Assembly (NCBI GenBank): GCA_001871475.1
Contig: MNVE01000009.1
Coordinates: forward strand, 13,114-77,113
DNA length: 64,000 bases
Direction of reading: 5' to 3'
Source: Candidatus Micrarchaeota archaeon CG1_02_47_40
GTDB taxonomy: Archaea; Micrarchaeota; Micrarchaeia; Anstonellales; CG1-02-47-40
Shown here in pieces: positions 45,841 to 55,933 of this stretch. Positions within the stretch are counted from its first letter, which is position 1. Every line of letters starts with the position of its first letter. The notes beneath the pieces are model-generated. The model was not told the DNA's origin. It saw only the letters and a program-made list of their open reading frames with translations, and did no database searches. Both the position numbers and the translations under genes were made by a program.

Positions 45841-46860
45841 TTAAAGAATGCGGCAGACCGCATCCGCCACCCTGCAGGAATAGCCCCACTCATTGTCATA
45901 CCAGGAGTAGGTTTTGCATAAATTTCCGAGGCATTTTGTAAGGGAGGAATCGAATATTGAGGAGTGCGCATTTCCAATAATATCCGAGGAAACTATTGGC
46001 TCTTCTGTATATTGGAGTATTCCCTTCAATTCACCCAAAGCGGATTTTTTCATCGCTGAATTTACCGTCTGCGCATCAGCCTCTTTCTTCAGAACGCAGG
46101 TCAGGTCATTCACCGAACCTGTGGGAGTTGGCACGCGCAATGCAATCCCGTCCAATTTTCCCTTTAAGGAGGGAATCACTTCCCCTATAGCTTTTGCCGC
46201 GCCGGTAGAGGTAGGGATGGTAGAGAGGGCGGCTGCCCTTCCCCTTCTCACATCTTTATCATGAAAAGAATCGGTGAGCAGTTGGTCGCCGGTGTATGCG
46301 TGCACCGTAGTCATAAAACCCGAAGAGATGCCGAATTCCCTCTCAAGCACATGTGCCACTGGCGCGAGGCAGTTGGTGGTGCAGCTTGCAAGGGAAATTA
46401 TATTATGCGCACTCTTGTTGTAAGCCTTCTCATTCACGCCTGGCACTATTGTCACGTCCGGGTTTTTTGCCGGAGCGGTAATAAGCACTTTCTTTGCTCC
46501 GGCGGAAATATGCGTGGCAGCGCCTTCCCTATCATTAAATGCGCCTGTTGATTCTATTACAACGTCAATGCCTAACGCGCTCCATGGAAGCCGCTTGGGG
46601 TCCCGCTCGGAGGTAATTGGAATCGGGCGTTCATTCACAATCAAATGCTTCTCATCAAACGAAACTTCCCCCTCAAAAACACCGTAAATTGAATCGTATT
46701 TGAAAAGGTATGCAATATCTTTTGGGGAGTGCGTGCAGTTTATCGCAACACAGTCAAACTTCTTCCCGAGCATTCCGCGCTCTGCCGCGGAGCGCAAAAC
46801 AAGGCGCCCTATCCTTCCAAAGCCGTTTATTGCAACCTTCATCCTCTTCACCTCATTCAC
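45841..46860 (-). CDS. gap: glyceraldehyde-3-phosphate dehydrogenase, class I (bacterial/eukaryotic type)
   Basis: INGFGRIGR NAD-binding motif and the ASCTTNCLAP active-site motif. 339 aa. Confidence 0.9.
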   Translation of the reverse strand: MNEVKRMKVAINGFGRIGRLVLRSAAERGMLGKKFDCVAINCTHSPKDIAYLFKYDSIYGVFEGEVSFDEKHLIVNERPIPITSERDPKRLPWSALGIDVVIESTGAFNDREGAATHISAGAKKVLITAPAKNPDVTIVPGVNEKAYNKSAHNIISLASCTTNCLAPVAHVLEREFGISSGFMTTVHAYTGDQLLTDSFHDKDVRRGRAAALSTIPTSTGAAKAIGEVIPSLKGKLDGIALRVPTPTGSVNDLTCVLKKEADAQTVNSAMKKSALGELKGILQYTEEPIVSSDIIGNAHSSIFDSSLTKCLGNLCKTYSWYDNEWGYSCRVADAVCRIL

Positions 46861-47654
46861 CGGATATAAGAAAGCCCGCTTCCCTGCCCTTCCGGCGGGG
46901 CGATTCCCTTCAGCTGCTTTTGCGCTTCATTCTCCATCTTCTTCATGAACATCTCGCTTTCCTTTGCCCTCTCATCCATTTTTGAGAGGTTCATGTTTAT
47001 TCCAAGCAGTTTTGAGAGGGATTCCAGGACTGCTTTTGCGCTTTTCGCGTCGGCAAATGCGCCGTGCGTCTCCCCCATCAGGCAGACTCCTCCCATTCCC
47101 TTTATCTTCCCCATGCCAAGCAGCAATCCTGCCACGCCTATTATGGAGCCGTGCGTTTCCCCGAATATCAGCCCGTGTTTTTTGTATTCGGGAATCAGCT
47201 TCTTGTGCGTTGCCGAGCCGAACACCTTCGGGTGCGTCGGAGTTCTTCCTGTCCCGTACCCGCCGAGCGTGTATATTGTCCTGCCGCCTATTGAGCGGAA
47301 ATACTCAAGGATTTTGCCGCAAACCTCGTACTGCGCCTCGCTGGTGATTGCCTGCACGTCGCCGGTCAGCACGATTATGCTCTGTTTTTTTTCGCGTATT
47401 AGGTAGAAGCGGTTTTTGAGCATCCTGCATACTCCGTTCTTTTGCATTATCACCTGGTGGGGAAAGTGCGGGGAGTAGAGCTCTGCTATTTTCTCCGCCT
47501 TGAGCTCCTTCACCATATAATCCACTGCCAGCTTTCCCACAAGCCCTATGCCCGGCAGCCCGGCAACCAACACCGGATTTTTGAGTGGGATTTTTCCCTT
47601 TTTCCTTACAATGAGCGTTTCAAACATATCAATCACTCTTGAGGGTATTTTCAT
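46857..47654 (-). CDS. PAC2-family protein (proteasome-assembly-chaperone-like)
   Basis: The VLVAGLPGIGLVGKLAVDYM N-terminal motif is typical of archaeal PAC2/PbaA-like proteins. The start is set at an internal Met downstream of nop10. Confidence 0.55.
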   Translation of the reverse strand: MKIPSRVIDMFETLIVRKKGKIPLKNPVLVAGLPGIGLVGKLAVDYMVKELKAEKIAELYSPHFPHQVIMQKNGVCRMLKNRFYLIREKKQSIIVLTGDVQAITSEAQYEVCGKILEYFRSIGGRTIYTLGGYGTGRTPTHPKVFGSATHKKLIPEYKKHGLIFGETHGSIIGVAGLLLGMGKIKGMGGVCLMGETHGAFADAKSAKAVLESLSKLLGINMNLSKMDERAKESEMFMKKMENEAQKQLKGIAPPEGQGSGLSYIR

Positions 47655-47694
47655 TCCTTTCCTTTGATTCCCGTTCATTCTCTTGAGATTATTT

Positions 47695-47844
47695 TCATTC
47701 CAATCCTGCCGCCTTTCTCCTGTAATCCGCAAACCTGTCCTGCAGTTTGTAAGGCGGGGGGTGCACGGATTTTGCGGCAAGCCCGCAGTGCGTCTGCTCA
47801 AGGGTGTAGGAAAGGCACGCTTGGCAGCGGCGTATTTTTTTCAT
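47695..47844 (-). CDS. nop10: H/ACA ribonucleoprotein subunit Nop10
   Basis: 49-aa translation MKKIRRCQACLSYTLEQTHCGLAAKSVHPPPYKLQDRFADYRRKAAGLE. Too short for the ORF track; found by manual translation between the aIF2-alpha and PAC2 genes. Confidence 0.8.
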   Translation of the reverse strand: MKKIRRCQACLSYTLEQTHCGLAAKSVHPPPYKLQDRFADYRRKAAGLE

Positions 47845-47854
47845 TTTTTATTCC

Positions 47855-48625
47855 CTACGTTTCAGTCCTTGAGTGGGTGAATGACGCATCCTGCCCTTTT
47901 ATAGTTTTCTCAATCTGCGCGACTATCGCATCAAGCGCCTTCTCCGCATCCTTGAAATCCGAAGCAAGCACCTTCAGCTGGTAGCGCGGCGAGCCAAGGA
48001 AGGTTATTGAGCATTCCGCGCCTGGCGGGGCAGTTATGGAGGAAAGGCTTTTCTTTATCGTTTCAAGCCCGTTTGGGGAGTAGCATACCAATGAGAGTGT
48101 CGCCTCTACCTCTGCCTTTTGCTTCTTTATGCTCTTTTTTGCAATATCGGAAATTGCCTGCGCGATTTCCTTCTCAACCCCTACTCTTTCAAGGGGCTCT
48201 TCCCCTTCCTCAAGCGCAGCCTCAAAAGCAGCCAGCACATCCCCGAAGGAGGAGTTTAACAGCTCAATTGTTTTCTGCTTTTTTGCATCAGGCATTTTCA
48301 GGGTTCTCTGCACAAGCTCTATCAGCTTTTCAGCCCGCCTTCCCCTCCTGATGGATTCCAGCTTCCTTTTCTTTTCCGCCTCTGAAACCCTTTTTATGGA
48401 TAAGTCTATCTGATTTTTTTCAGGGATTAAGCGATAAACGCGCGCAACGGCCGTCTGCCCCTCGCGCAGGTATTCGTGTATGTTCTTTACCCAGCCTGGC
48501 GAAACCTCGGAAATGTGCACGAACGCCTCAACGCCGGGATAATCCTCAAGCACGCAGAAAGCGCCGTAGGGCATTATCTTCTTTATCCTTGCAATAACGA
48601 ATTCGTCCTGCGCTGGCCCATTCAT
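47855..48625 (-). CDS. eif2a: translation initiation factor 2 alpha subunit (aIF2-alpha)
   Basis: N-terminal S1 domain (EFVIARIKKIMPYGAFCVLEDYPGVEAFVHISEV). Conserved operon context with S27e/L44e/nop10. Confidence 0.85.
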   Translation of the reverse strand: MNGPAQDEFVIARIKKIMPYGAFCVLEDYPGVEAFVHISEVSPGWVKNIHEYLREGQTAVARVYRLIPEKNQIDLSIKRVSEAEKKRKLESIRRGRRAEKLIELVQRTLKMPDAKKQKTIELLNSSFGDVLAAFEAALEEGEEPLERVGVEKEIAQAISDIAKKSIKKQKAEVEATLSLVCYSPNGLETIKKSLSSITAPPGAECSITFLGSPRYQLKVLASDFKDAEKALDAIVAQIEKTIKGQDASFTHSRTET

Positions 48626-48639
48626 AAAAATCAAATTTT

Positions 48640-48804
48640 CTAAAGCACTTTCACTATGCTTACTCCCTCTGCAAGCTTTACCTGCGCCCCTGTGGGGGTG
48701 GCAAGCTCCTTTGAGCATACCAAACAGCCCACCTTGCTTGAGGAGTGCGCAAATATAGTCTGCTCATTTCCACAGCCGCATTTTACTTTCAGGAATTTAC
48801 TCAT
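48640..48804 (-). CDS. rps27e: ribosomal protein S27e
   Basis: 54 aa with the C4 zinc knuckle CGCGN...CLVC. Confidence 0.85.
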   Translation of the reverse strand: MSKFLKVKCGCGNEQTIFAHSSSKVGCLVCSKELATPTGAQVKLAEGVSIVKVL

Positions 48805-48827
48805 AAAAAAACCTCCGATAAATCGGA

Positions 48828-49118
48828 TTACTTTCCAATTTCTATTTTCTTCTTCGTCCTTGTGCCTATCACACGCTCCTGCTTTTTCTTGCAAACCGGG
48901 CAGGTCAGCATGATTTTCTGCCTCTTTCCCTGCTTTTTGACCGTCTTTTCACCTTTGCGCTTTCCCCCGTGCCCCATCAATTTTCTTGCGTGCTTCCTGT
49001 TTCCGAAAGCCATTGGGCGCGCCTTGCCTTTTGAAGCAATCCTGACCTGCTGAACGGTATGCTTCTTGCAGATTGGACAATATGTTCTAAGCTCTTTTGG
49101 AAATTTCACGAATATCAC
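48828..49118 (-). CDS. rpl44e: ribosomal protein L44e
   Basis: CPICKKH...CPVCKK zinc-ribbon motif. 96 aa. Confidence 0.85.
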   Translation of the reverse strand: MIFVKFPKELRTYCPICKKHTVQQVRIASKGKARPMAFGNRKHARKLMGHGGKRKGEKTVKKQGKRQKIMLTCPVCKKKQERVIGTRTKKKIEIGK

Positions 49119-49126
49119 CTTGTATT

Positions 49127-49654
49127 TTACGTTTCTTCTGCCATCTTTGCCCCGACGAGAAATGATGCCTCTTCCCCTGGAAGCGCCGCCACCTCATCCT
49201 TCTTGAAGGGGCCGTATGTTTTCAGCTGGCTTCCCTTGTAAGCGGGAATATCTTTTAGGAATCTAACCTTTTTAACGCTTAGGGGCGTTTTCTCCTCCTG
49301 TTTCTGCGCCTGCATTGCAAAATCCAGCCCGTCATCCGTTTTTTTGAGGCACTCGCGCACCTCATCATACAGCTTGTGCTCCTCTTCAGTCATACCTGAA
49401 GAATCGTGCTCCGCCCCTTTGAGCGCACGAAAAAGTATTTTCTTCTGCCGGAGAGAGATGATGTCCTTTACCGTTTTTTGCACGTTGTCAAATTCTCGCA
49501 GTTCGCTTATAGAGGAATCCGTGCTGATGGATGATTTCCTCTCGCGCAAAAACTCAAACACCTGTGAGAAGTATTCCTTTGGCAGGGAGAAGAGGGTTGC
49601 GCTCTCCCTTTCTTTTCGCTGAAGTTCCCTTAAATCCGAGTAAGTAAGTGGCAT
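49127..49654 (-). CDS. GINS-subunit-like (Gins15/51-like) protein
   Basis: The N-terminal LTYSDLRELQRKERESATLFSLPKEYFSQVFEFL resembles the GINS A-domain pattern. Replication-gene neighbourhood (priS/priL nearby). Confidence 0.3.
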   Translation of the reverse strand: MPLTYSDLRELQRKERESATLFSLPKEYFSQVFEFLRERKSSISTDSSISELREFDNVQKTVKDIISLRQKKILFRALKGAEHDSSGMTEEEHKLYDEVRECLKKTDDGLDFAMQAQKQEEKTPLSVKKVRFLKDIPAYKGSQLKTYGPFKKDEVAALPGEEASFLVGAKMAEET

Positions 49655-49857
49655 AAAAAAACCTCTGGTTTTTTAGACTTGCCCTTTGGGCAAGCTGATA
49701 AAATTTGTCCCTCATTTATTTTGAGGATGGGAGTTTAAGAGGGTTTTGCCGAGAACTTGCAGGGGAAATGCAGACCAAACGCCATATATTTCATGTAAAA
49801 AAGTCGTTTTTGTAGAAAACGATATGTTTAAAAAGTCGTTCTGTCAAAAAACGATTT

Positions 49858-51117
49858 ATGGAAAACATTGGAGATGTGATTGGAGAATGGGCGCAAACGG
49901 CTGAAAAGAAGCCCTTAAGAGAAAGGGATTTTGACTTTGAAAGGGCGATAACGGAATCCCGTGATAGGGTGATTTCCATTACCGGAGTCCGTAGATCCGG
50001 AAAAAGCTCCCTGCTTATGCTGATTTACAGAAGAATTGCCGCAAAGGGAGGAAAGGCAGTTTATGTGAATGTTGAGGATGACAGGCTCCGTTTCAAGGGC
50101 GCGCTTGACGAGATTTTAAAGCACGCAAAGGATGCGGAATGGCTGCTTCTTGATGAGGTTGCGAACGCGCCGGGATGGGAAGGCTGGATGCATAGGATAA
50201 ATGAGATGAAAAGCATTCGCCTGATAACAGCCTCTTCGCTGAACAAACTCTCAAGATTCCCCCCGCGGGAACTGCGGGGAAGAATAACTTACTTTGAGCT
50301 TTTTCCGCTGTCGTTTAGGGAGTTTTTGGAGTTTAAGGGGATAGAGCCTGCAAAAACCGTTCGGGGGATTGGAGCGGCTGAACGCGCCCTTGAAGAGTAT
50401 CTTGTTTTCGGTGGGTTTCCGGAGGCTGTTATTTCCGAAAACAAGGCGGGGATACTGCAGGAATATGTGAATTCTATAGTTTCGCTGGACGTGGCTGCGC
50501 TCTCGGATATTCCGCTTAGGGTGGTGTTTGACTTTTATTCACAGCTTGCGGGGACGACGTTTTTCTCTGCAACAAAAACGGAAAGGGTGCTCAAATCGGC
50601 AGGGCATAGCGTGGGAAAGGGAACTCTTCTTGAGCTTGAGAGGCTTCTTGAAGCGGCGTATCTTGCGTTTTTCGTGCAGATTTATTCCACTAAGATAAAG
50701 GACAGGACGCTTTATCCGCGCAAGGTTTATCTTGTGGACTGCGGACTTTTTTACGCGGCTACCGGAAAGAAAGACTGGGGGAGATTTTACGAAAATGCGG
50801 TTTTTTTGCAGTTGCGAAGAAAACTCGGACAGCTTGAGCAGATAGTGTATTACCGCTCGCAGGAAAACCGCGAAGTGGATTTTGCCGTAAAAAGCGGCTC
50901 GCGGATTAAAATGCTGATACAGGTAGCTTATGAAATTGATGAGCGGATAAAGGAAAGGGAGGTTGGCGCGCTGGTTGAAGCCGCGCAAGAGTTTGGCTTG
51001 AGCGGAAAAGGCTCGGAACTGCTCGTAATTACGCGGGATTTGAAAAAAACAGAGGACGTGAGGGGAAAACGGATAACATACGTGAGGCTTAGGGACTGGC
51101 TGCTGGAAGAGGAGTAG
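49858..51117 (+). CDS. AAA_14/DUF4143-family ATPase (second copy)
   Basis: Walker A GVRRSGKSSL, Walker B LLLDEV, and a DUF4143-like C-terminus. Confidence 0.65.
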   Translation: MENIGDVIGEWAQTAEKKPLRERDFDFERAITESRDRVISITGVRRSGKSSLLMLIYRRIAAKGGKAVYVNVEDDRLRFKGALDEILKHAKDAEWLLLDEVANAPGWEGWMHRINEMKSIRLITASSLNKLSRFPPRELRGRITYFELFPLSFREFLEFKGIEPAKTVRGIGAAERALEEYLVFGGFPEAVISENKAGILQEYVNSIVSLDVAALSDIPLRVVFDFYSQLAGTTFFSATKTERVLKSAGHSVGKGTLLELERLLEAAYLAFFVQIYSTKIKDRTLYPRKVYLVDCGLFYAATGKKDWGRFYENAVFLQLRRKLGQLEQIVYYRSQENREVDFAVKSGSRIKMLIQVAYEIDERIKEREVGALVEAAQEFGLSGKGSELLVITRDLKKTEDVRGKRITYVRLRDWLLEEE

Positions 51118-51155
51118 GCAGTAATTGGGTGGCATATTTCTTTGAATACTGCAAC

Positions 51156-52316
51156 TTAATCAGCTGAAAATCTTGCGCTTCTCTTGCAAATTAAGTATAC
51201 TGCCAGCGATTCCGGCAATTCAACTTCTGCATCCGTCTCAAATGGTCCGTGAATAGAATTCAAAAACTGCAGCTCTGGCACCTTCTCCACTATTTTCACT
51301 TTCAGTGGTTTCTCCCCGAAAATGGCAGCTTCTTTTGTAGGCTCAAACTTCTCAAGCTCATTCAGTTTCATTCTTTTTGCGCACATTCCGCTTGAGCCGT
51401 GCAGGGAATCGGGCATGCGCAGTAATTTTGAGGTGTCAAACGTCACATTCGCATCTATTTCTGCAGATGAAACCGCCTTGAGCTCCTCGAATATTTTTTG
51501 GAATTTCTCATCCCTATTTCGAATGTGTATGGCATCCCAATTGCCTTCCCTTATCCCGCTTGCAAACTTCTCAATATTCTCCGCAGTGGCATTTTTTTTC
51601 CCTAAAAGCCATTCTGCAAACTCCTTCTCCCCAAGGCGCAGGATGGTTTTTCTTGCAAACTTCCCGAAATACCCCCCTTGCGAGGGCATCGGCTCGGTGC
51701 TTTTCCTTTCCTTGCTCGCTTCCTTTAGCTTCTGCTCCACGAAAGAGAAGAAATTTGAAAATCCTATTCCGGTTGCAAGCACATAATCAACTATTTCCCT
51801 CCTCTCCTCCCTTCCAAGGGAGAGCACTTCCTCATTTTTCACCCGCACGTGATACCCCCTATTCCCTGAAAAATTAACTGAAATGTCCTTTTTTTCAAAG
51901 CCAAAATCAGGAATCAAAAACTCCTCAATCAATTTCCACGCCTGCTCCTTTATGTGGGAAAAGCATTTCTCGCAGGTGAATTTATCGCAGTCGGGGAATT
52001 TCTTTTGCGTATCCCATTCGGAGTGCTTCGCATCCAAATCAAATATCAACTCCGCTCCCTTCCAGCTTTTTTTCACCATCGGGCGCGCATCCGGAAATTC
52101 ATAATACGCAGCAGAGTAGGAAATGAAAGGAGGCTTGTCATTGAGTATTCTTGCGAAAAGCTCCTCATTGCTCTTAAAGTGCATGTGCCTGTACTCTATT
52201 TTCTTCTCCCATGTTCCAAACCCGAATTCGCGCTTTTCAACATCCTCAACCTGCGGAGGGTGCGAGGAGTAATAGTCACGGAATTTTTGCAGAGTGAAGG
52301 TTTGCTCATCCATCAA
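51156..52316 (-). CDS. priS: DNA primase small (catalytic) subunit PriS
   Basis: Archaeo-eukaryotic primase motifs (IFDLDAKH, SGNRGYHVRV). Confidence 0.85.
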   Translation of the reverse strand: MMDEQTFTLQKFRDYYSSHPPQVEDVEKREFGFGTWEKKIEYRHMHFKSNEELFARILNDKPPFISYSAAYYEFPDARPMVKKSWKGAELIFDLDAKHSEWDTQKKFPDCDKFTCEKCFSHIKEQAWKLIEEFLIPDFGFEKKDISVNFSGNRGYHVRVKNEEVLSLGREERREIVDYVLATGIGFSNFFSFVEQKLKEASKERKSTEPMPSQGGYFGKFARKTILRLGEKEFAEWLLGKKNATAENIEKFASGIREGNWDAIHIRNRDEKFQKIFEELKAVSSAEIDANVTFDTSKLLRMPDSLHGSSGMCAKRMKLNELEKFEPTKEAAIFGEKPLKVKIVEKVPELQFLNSIHGPFETDAEVELPESLAVYLICKRSARFSAD

Positions 52317-53305
52317 ATGTCACCCTGTGTTTCCTTGTTTCTTGCAGTGTTTCTCAGCTCCATTCCTTTCCTATACCGTAACGGTGAAAAACAGCCGCAC
52401 CTTGCATTGCATATCCCATAAGTGTCCATCGTGGCGCAGGAGGGCATTTTATACCCTCTCTCTTTTACGTGCGTTATTTGGTAAAGTGTTGTTTCCCTTG
52501 AGTAGTCGGGAGCGGTTTTGAATATATTTGCAATTGCTTCTACGCTCATTCCGGCATTCACCAGATACACTGCCAGCGCCCAGCGGGCAGTGTGAGGTAA
52601 GTTTTCACTTACCGCCAGCCTTTCAAGCAAATCTCTTATGCAGGGAGGGAAATCCTCGGAAGCGATTTTTGAAACCTGCGTCTCCTGAACAGGAAGCTGT
52701 TTTATTATTTCATTTGCCGCCCCAAGCACTTGAGAGGGCACTTTTGCTTTTATGGGGAGAGAAGTTTCTATGCTCTTTTTCACCGCCTCCTCAGCTATTC
52801 TTGCAAGCTGCTGTTTTGTACAGAATACTGCACCCCCCTTCACCTCGCGGTTTACCAGCTTGTAATCAATTGATTTTGGGGAGTATTTTAGGTATTTTAG
52901 AACTGGTATTTTGAATGTGTCTTTTCCCTCCCGCGAGAATTGGATGCCAAATTCCAAAAGCGCCTTTGAGAAATTCCCGTCTTCTTCAGTGGAGAGGTAT
53001 TTTCCCGCCCTCTTTGCCTCCGCAACAGCATAGCGGCTTATGAAATACCTGCCCTTGGTTTGGGAGACAATCATCCTTGAGGCGGCGTAGGAAAAGATTT
53101 CTTTTGGAAGGTTTTCAGAGAGTACTTCAGAGAATTTTGGTATTTCTCCTTCCAAAAGAGCTGAAAGAACGCGCTTTTTTGCCCTTGCAATTATTTCATC
53201 GGATATTTTCGCTTCGCTCTCCTTAACGTATTCCCTTGCTTCTTTTGTGAAGGGGTATTTTGCGCAAAACAGGAGGTCTGCCATAGGGGGTTGTGCGCAT
53301 TGCAA
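52313..53305 (-). CDS. priL: DNA primase large subunit PriL
   Basis: Fe-S cluster cysteines (PPCIRDL ... CATMDTYGICNARCGCFSP). It overlaps priS by 4 bp. Confidence 0.85.
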   Translation of the reverse strand: MQCAQPPMADLLFCAKYPFTKEAREYVKESEAKISDEIIARAKKRVLSALLEGEIPKFSEVLSENLPKEIFSYAASRMIVSQTKGRYFISRYAVAEAKRAGKYLSTEEDGNFSKALLEFGIQFSREGKDTFKIPVLKYLKYSPKSIDYKLVNREVKGGAVFCTKQQLARIAEEAVKKSIETSLPIKAKVPSQVLGAANEIIKQLPVQETQVSKIASEDFPPCIRDLLERLAVSENLPHTARWALAVYLVNAGMSVEAIANIFKTAPDYSRETTLYQITHVKERGYKMPSCATMDTYGICNARCGCFSPLRYRKGMELRNTARNKETQGDI

Positions 53306-53307
53306 AA

Positions 53308-53772
53308 TTATATCCTTTCCGCCATCTTATACCCAATGTCAAAAACAGCTATTGAAAGAAAATAAAGCCACTCCCCTGTAAGCAGAGAGGTAAAAAGAGC
53401 GCATAATGGGAGAACCGGGCGCATTTTAAACGGCTCAAGCTCGTCCAGGGCGGCAGAGGTAAGAAAGAAGGCAAAAAGTAAAGTGGGAGGGAGGGGAATG
53501 GGGAAAAAAGGAAGGCAGAAAAGCACTGGCAACGCGCCAGTATAATGCAGTTTATTGTCTATTTTCCCTACTATGAGCATCGCAAGGAAAGCGGCAAGCC
53601 AGAGGGAGGAGGCGGAAGTGAAGAAGATGAAATAGGCAATTCCTGCCCCGTATAGCAAAGCAAAAGCATACTGCGCGATTCCCGCTCTCTTCCTTTTTCT
53701 CGCATCTGCAAAGTCATCCGTTTTCTTCACAAGGAAGCCGCTCAGCAGGGAGATTAGAAATTCCAGTATCAT
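53308..53772 (-). CDS. integral membrane hypothetical protein
   Basis: 4-5 predicted TM helices and no recognisable motif. Confidence 0.35.
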   Translation of the reverse strand: MILEFLISLLSGFLVKKTDDFADARKRKRAGIAQYAFALLYGAGIAYFIFFTSASSLWLAAFLAMLIVGKIDNKLHYTGALPVLFCLPFFPIPLPPTLLFAFFLTSAALDELEPFKMRPVLPLCALFTSLLTGEWLYFLSIAVFDIGYKMAERI

Positions 53773-53773
53773 T

Positions 53774-54622
53774 CTATCGCACCCATTCTTCCATCAGCAG
53801 TGGAAACAGTATGGTGGCATCCCCATACACCGTAACGTAATTTGCCTTTTCCTTTATTTTCCCCCAGCTTACGGCTTCTTCTGCGCGTGCGCCGGAGAGG
53901 GAGCCGTCAAACGGGGTATTTGTAGTAATATAGACTGCATAATCAAGCCCCTCGCGCAAAATATTTGAGGCGATTAGATAATGCTTTGAGATGCCTCCTC
54001 CAAGCACTATGCCTCCCGTTTTATTTGCATCAAGCACCATGCTCCCAAGCTTCCCCATATCAGCTACAACGTCTATGCCAAACTCTTTATGAGATTGTTT
54101 CCAGAAATAGCACTGCAAGCCTATTGCAGAATCCGTAATGCCCGGGCAGAATATTGGGATATTGTTTTTCTTCGCCCAGTAAAGAATGGAGGAGGAATCG
54201 CATTCGTCAGCAAGAAGGGAAATGAGTTCAGACGGGGAGATGTGACCCTTCACTTTTCCAAAAACTTTCCTGCATACTTTTTCCAAATAAATATATGCGG
54301 AATTCGGCACGAGCACGTTCCCAAGGCGGTTTATTCCTTTCTTATGAAGAGCAGTATCATTCTCGCCGAAAGAGCCTGCCGAATACTTCACTTTGCACCT
54401 TGCCACATCGTGGTCTATTGCCCCGCCTGCCGTTATTATAGCATCAACGAACTTTCCTTTCACAAGCTCGCGTATTGTATCTCTTAAGCCGGAGGCAACA
54501 AGATTTGAAGTAAAGGAGAGGAAAACGGTTGCTTTCTCTTTTTTCATCCCCCTTACTGCTTCCCTTGCACGGTAAAGCTCGCCTGCTCCAAAGCCGAAAT
54601 CGCGGAATTTATCTATTTGCAT
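53774..54622 (-). CDS. dys: deoxyhypusine synthase
   Basis: DHS family blocks (FLSFTSNLVASGLR, IITAGGAIDHD, GGISKHYL). Confidence 0.85.
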   Translation of the reverse strand: MQIDKFRDFGFGAGELYRAREAVRGMKKEKATVFLSFTSNLVASGLRDTIRELVKGKFVDAIITAGGAIDHDVARCKVKYSAGSFGENDTALHKKGINRLGNVLVPNSAYIYLEKVCRKVFGKVKGHISPSELISLLADECDSSSILYWAKKNNIPIFCPGITDSAIGLQCYFWKQSHKEFGIDVVADMGKLGSMVLDANKTGGIVLGGGISKHYLIASNILREGLDYAVYITTNTPFDGSLSGARAEEAVSWGKIKEKANYVTVYGDATILFPLLMEEWVR

Positions 54623-54660
54623 AGTGGGAGTTTTGCCTCCGCAGAATAAATAGCTTGCAC

Positions 54661-54975
54661 CTAACCTTTCAGCGCCCTTAGGACTGAAATTCTTATGGTG
54701 GCGTGGTTGATTGGCATGCTGCGCAATGCAGTTGCAGCCGTCTTCTCCCCCACCATCTCAAGCCAGGCGGAGAAGTGCCTCCCTTCCGTATGATATATGA
54801 GGGAGGGGAGGGGCAGTATCTTTATTATGTCCGTAAATTCTGAGATGTTTTTTGCCTTTCCCACAACCGTTCCGTTTGGCAGCTTGAAAAGAAATTCCTT
54901 TCCAGGCGGGCAGTTTCTGATTATTTTCATATGGATACCCCTCTGCCTTACGAATGGCAGAATGCTATTTGACAC
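54661..54975 (-). CDS. hypothetical protein (104 aa)
   Basis: ORF only. No confident motif. Confidence 0.3.
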   Translation of the reverse strand: MSNSILPFVRQRGIHMKIIRNCPPGKEFLFKLPNGTVVGKAKNISEFTDIIKILPLPSLIYHTEGRHFSAWLEMVGEKTAATALRSMPINHATIRISVLRALKG

Positions 54976-55017
54976 GAATAAGCGGTTTATAAGGTTTTCT
55001 TTTTGAAAAGAGATACT

Positions 55018-55719
55018 ATGGAGATATCGGTGATAATACCCGCTTATATGGAGGAAGGGGGAATAGAGCGCTGCTTAAAGGCAATAGTAGACCAGGAGTA
55101 TGAGGGGGGAGTGGAAATAATAGTGGCGGACGCTGAAAGCACTGACAAAACATTGGAGATTGCAAAAAAATACACCGATGATGCGTATGTTTTCAAAAAA
55201 TCAACCATTTCAGCAGGAAGGAAGGACGGCGCTGCCAAAGCGCACGGGGATATTCTGGTTTCTACTGATGCAGACAGCGTGCCTGATAAAATGTGGCTTT
55301 CGGAACTTGTAAAGGCGTTTGAAGACCAGAGCGTGGTGTGCGTGCACGGAAACGTTTACATGCTTGACGCGGGCCGGCTTGATGAGTTTTTCATAAAGCA
55401 CGTGATGCCCCTTTATTACGGATTTTTCAACTTCCTCGGACACCCGACCGGACCCGGCTCAAACATTGCCATAAGAAAGACTGCTTACGAGAAAATAGGG
55501 GGGTACGACCCGCTTTTGGTTACCTGCGAGGATTTGGATTTGCAGAGGAGGGTGAAAAAGGCAGGGAAGGTAGTGTTTGCCCCCAAAGCAATCGTTTACA
55601 CCTCCTCAAGAAGATTGCGCGCCTGGGGGCATCCCAAGTTCTTTTTCTTCCATTTCACCAATCTTCTGATGAACATACTTTTCAACAAGCCGGCGGAGAG
55701 GTATGAGCCGATACGGTGA
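55018..55719 (+). CDS. family-2 glycosyltransferase
   Basis: ISVIIPAYMEE and DAD (VSTDADS) motifs of GT-A fold GT2 enzymes. Confidence 0.7.
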   Translation: MEISVIIPAYMEEGGIERCLKAIVDQEYEGGVEIIVADAESTDKTLEIAKKYTDDAYVFKKSTISAGRKDGAAKAHGDILVSTDADSVPDKMWLSELVKAFEDQSVVCVHGNVYMLDAGRLDEFFIKHVMPLYYGFFNFLGHPTGPGSNIAIRKTAYEKIGGYDPLLVTCEDLDLQRRVKKAGKVVFAPKAIVYTSSRRLRAWGHPKFFFFHFTNLLMNILFNKPAERYEPIR

Positions 55720-55787
55720 ATGAAGAGGAGAGTTAATTTTTATCTGCCTGCTTCGTTTTTATTTGTTGAATAATACAAGTTTAGTAT

Positions 55788-55933
55788 GCAGGGGTGCCAG
55801 AGTTTGGTCAATTGGGCAGGACTTAAGAGCGCACTGGCGCGATGAAATCCTGTGGACTAGCTCCTTCGCAGGTTCTCGCAAATAATGCCAATATCGGGGC
55901 ATTGCTGGCGGCCTAAAAATCCTGCCCCCTGCA
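55788..55933 (+). tRNA. tRNA-Leu(UAA) with two introns (about 19 nt at the canonical 37/38 site and about 41 nt in the T-loop); mature length about 86 nt
   Basis: Manual fold: acceptor GCAGGGG/CCCCUGC; D-stem CCA/UGG; anticodon stem CAGGA/UCCUG; loop CUUAAGA (anticodon UAA); long variable arm GGA-CUAGC-UCC; T-stem GCAGG/CCUGC; T-loop UUC[intron]AAAU; discriminator A followed by TTTT. Confidence 0.7.
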
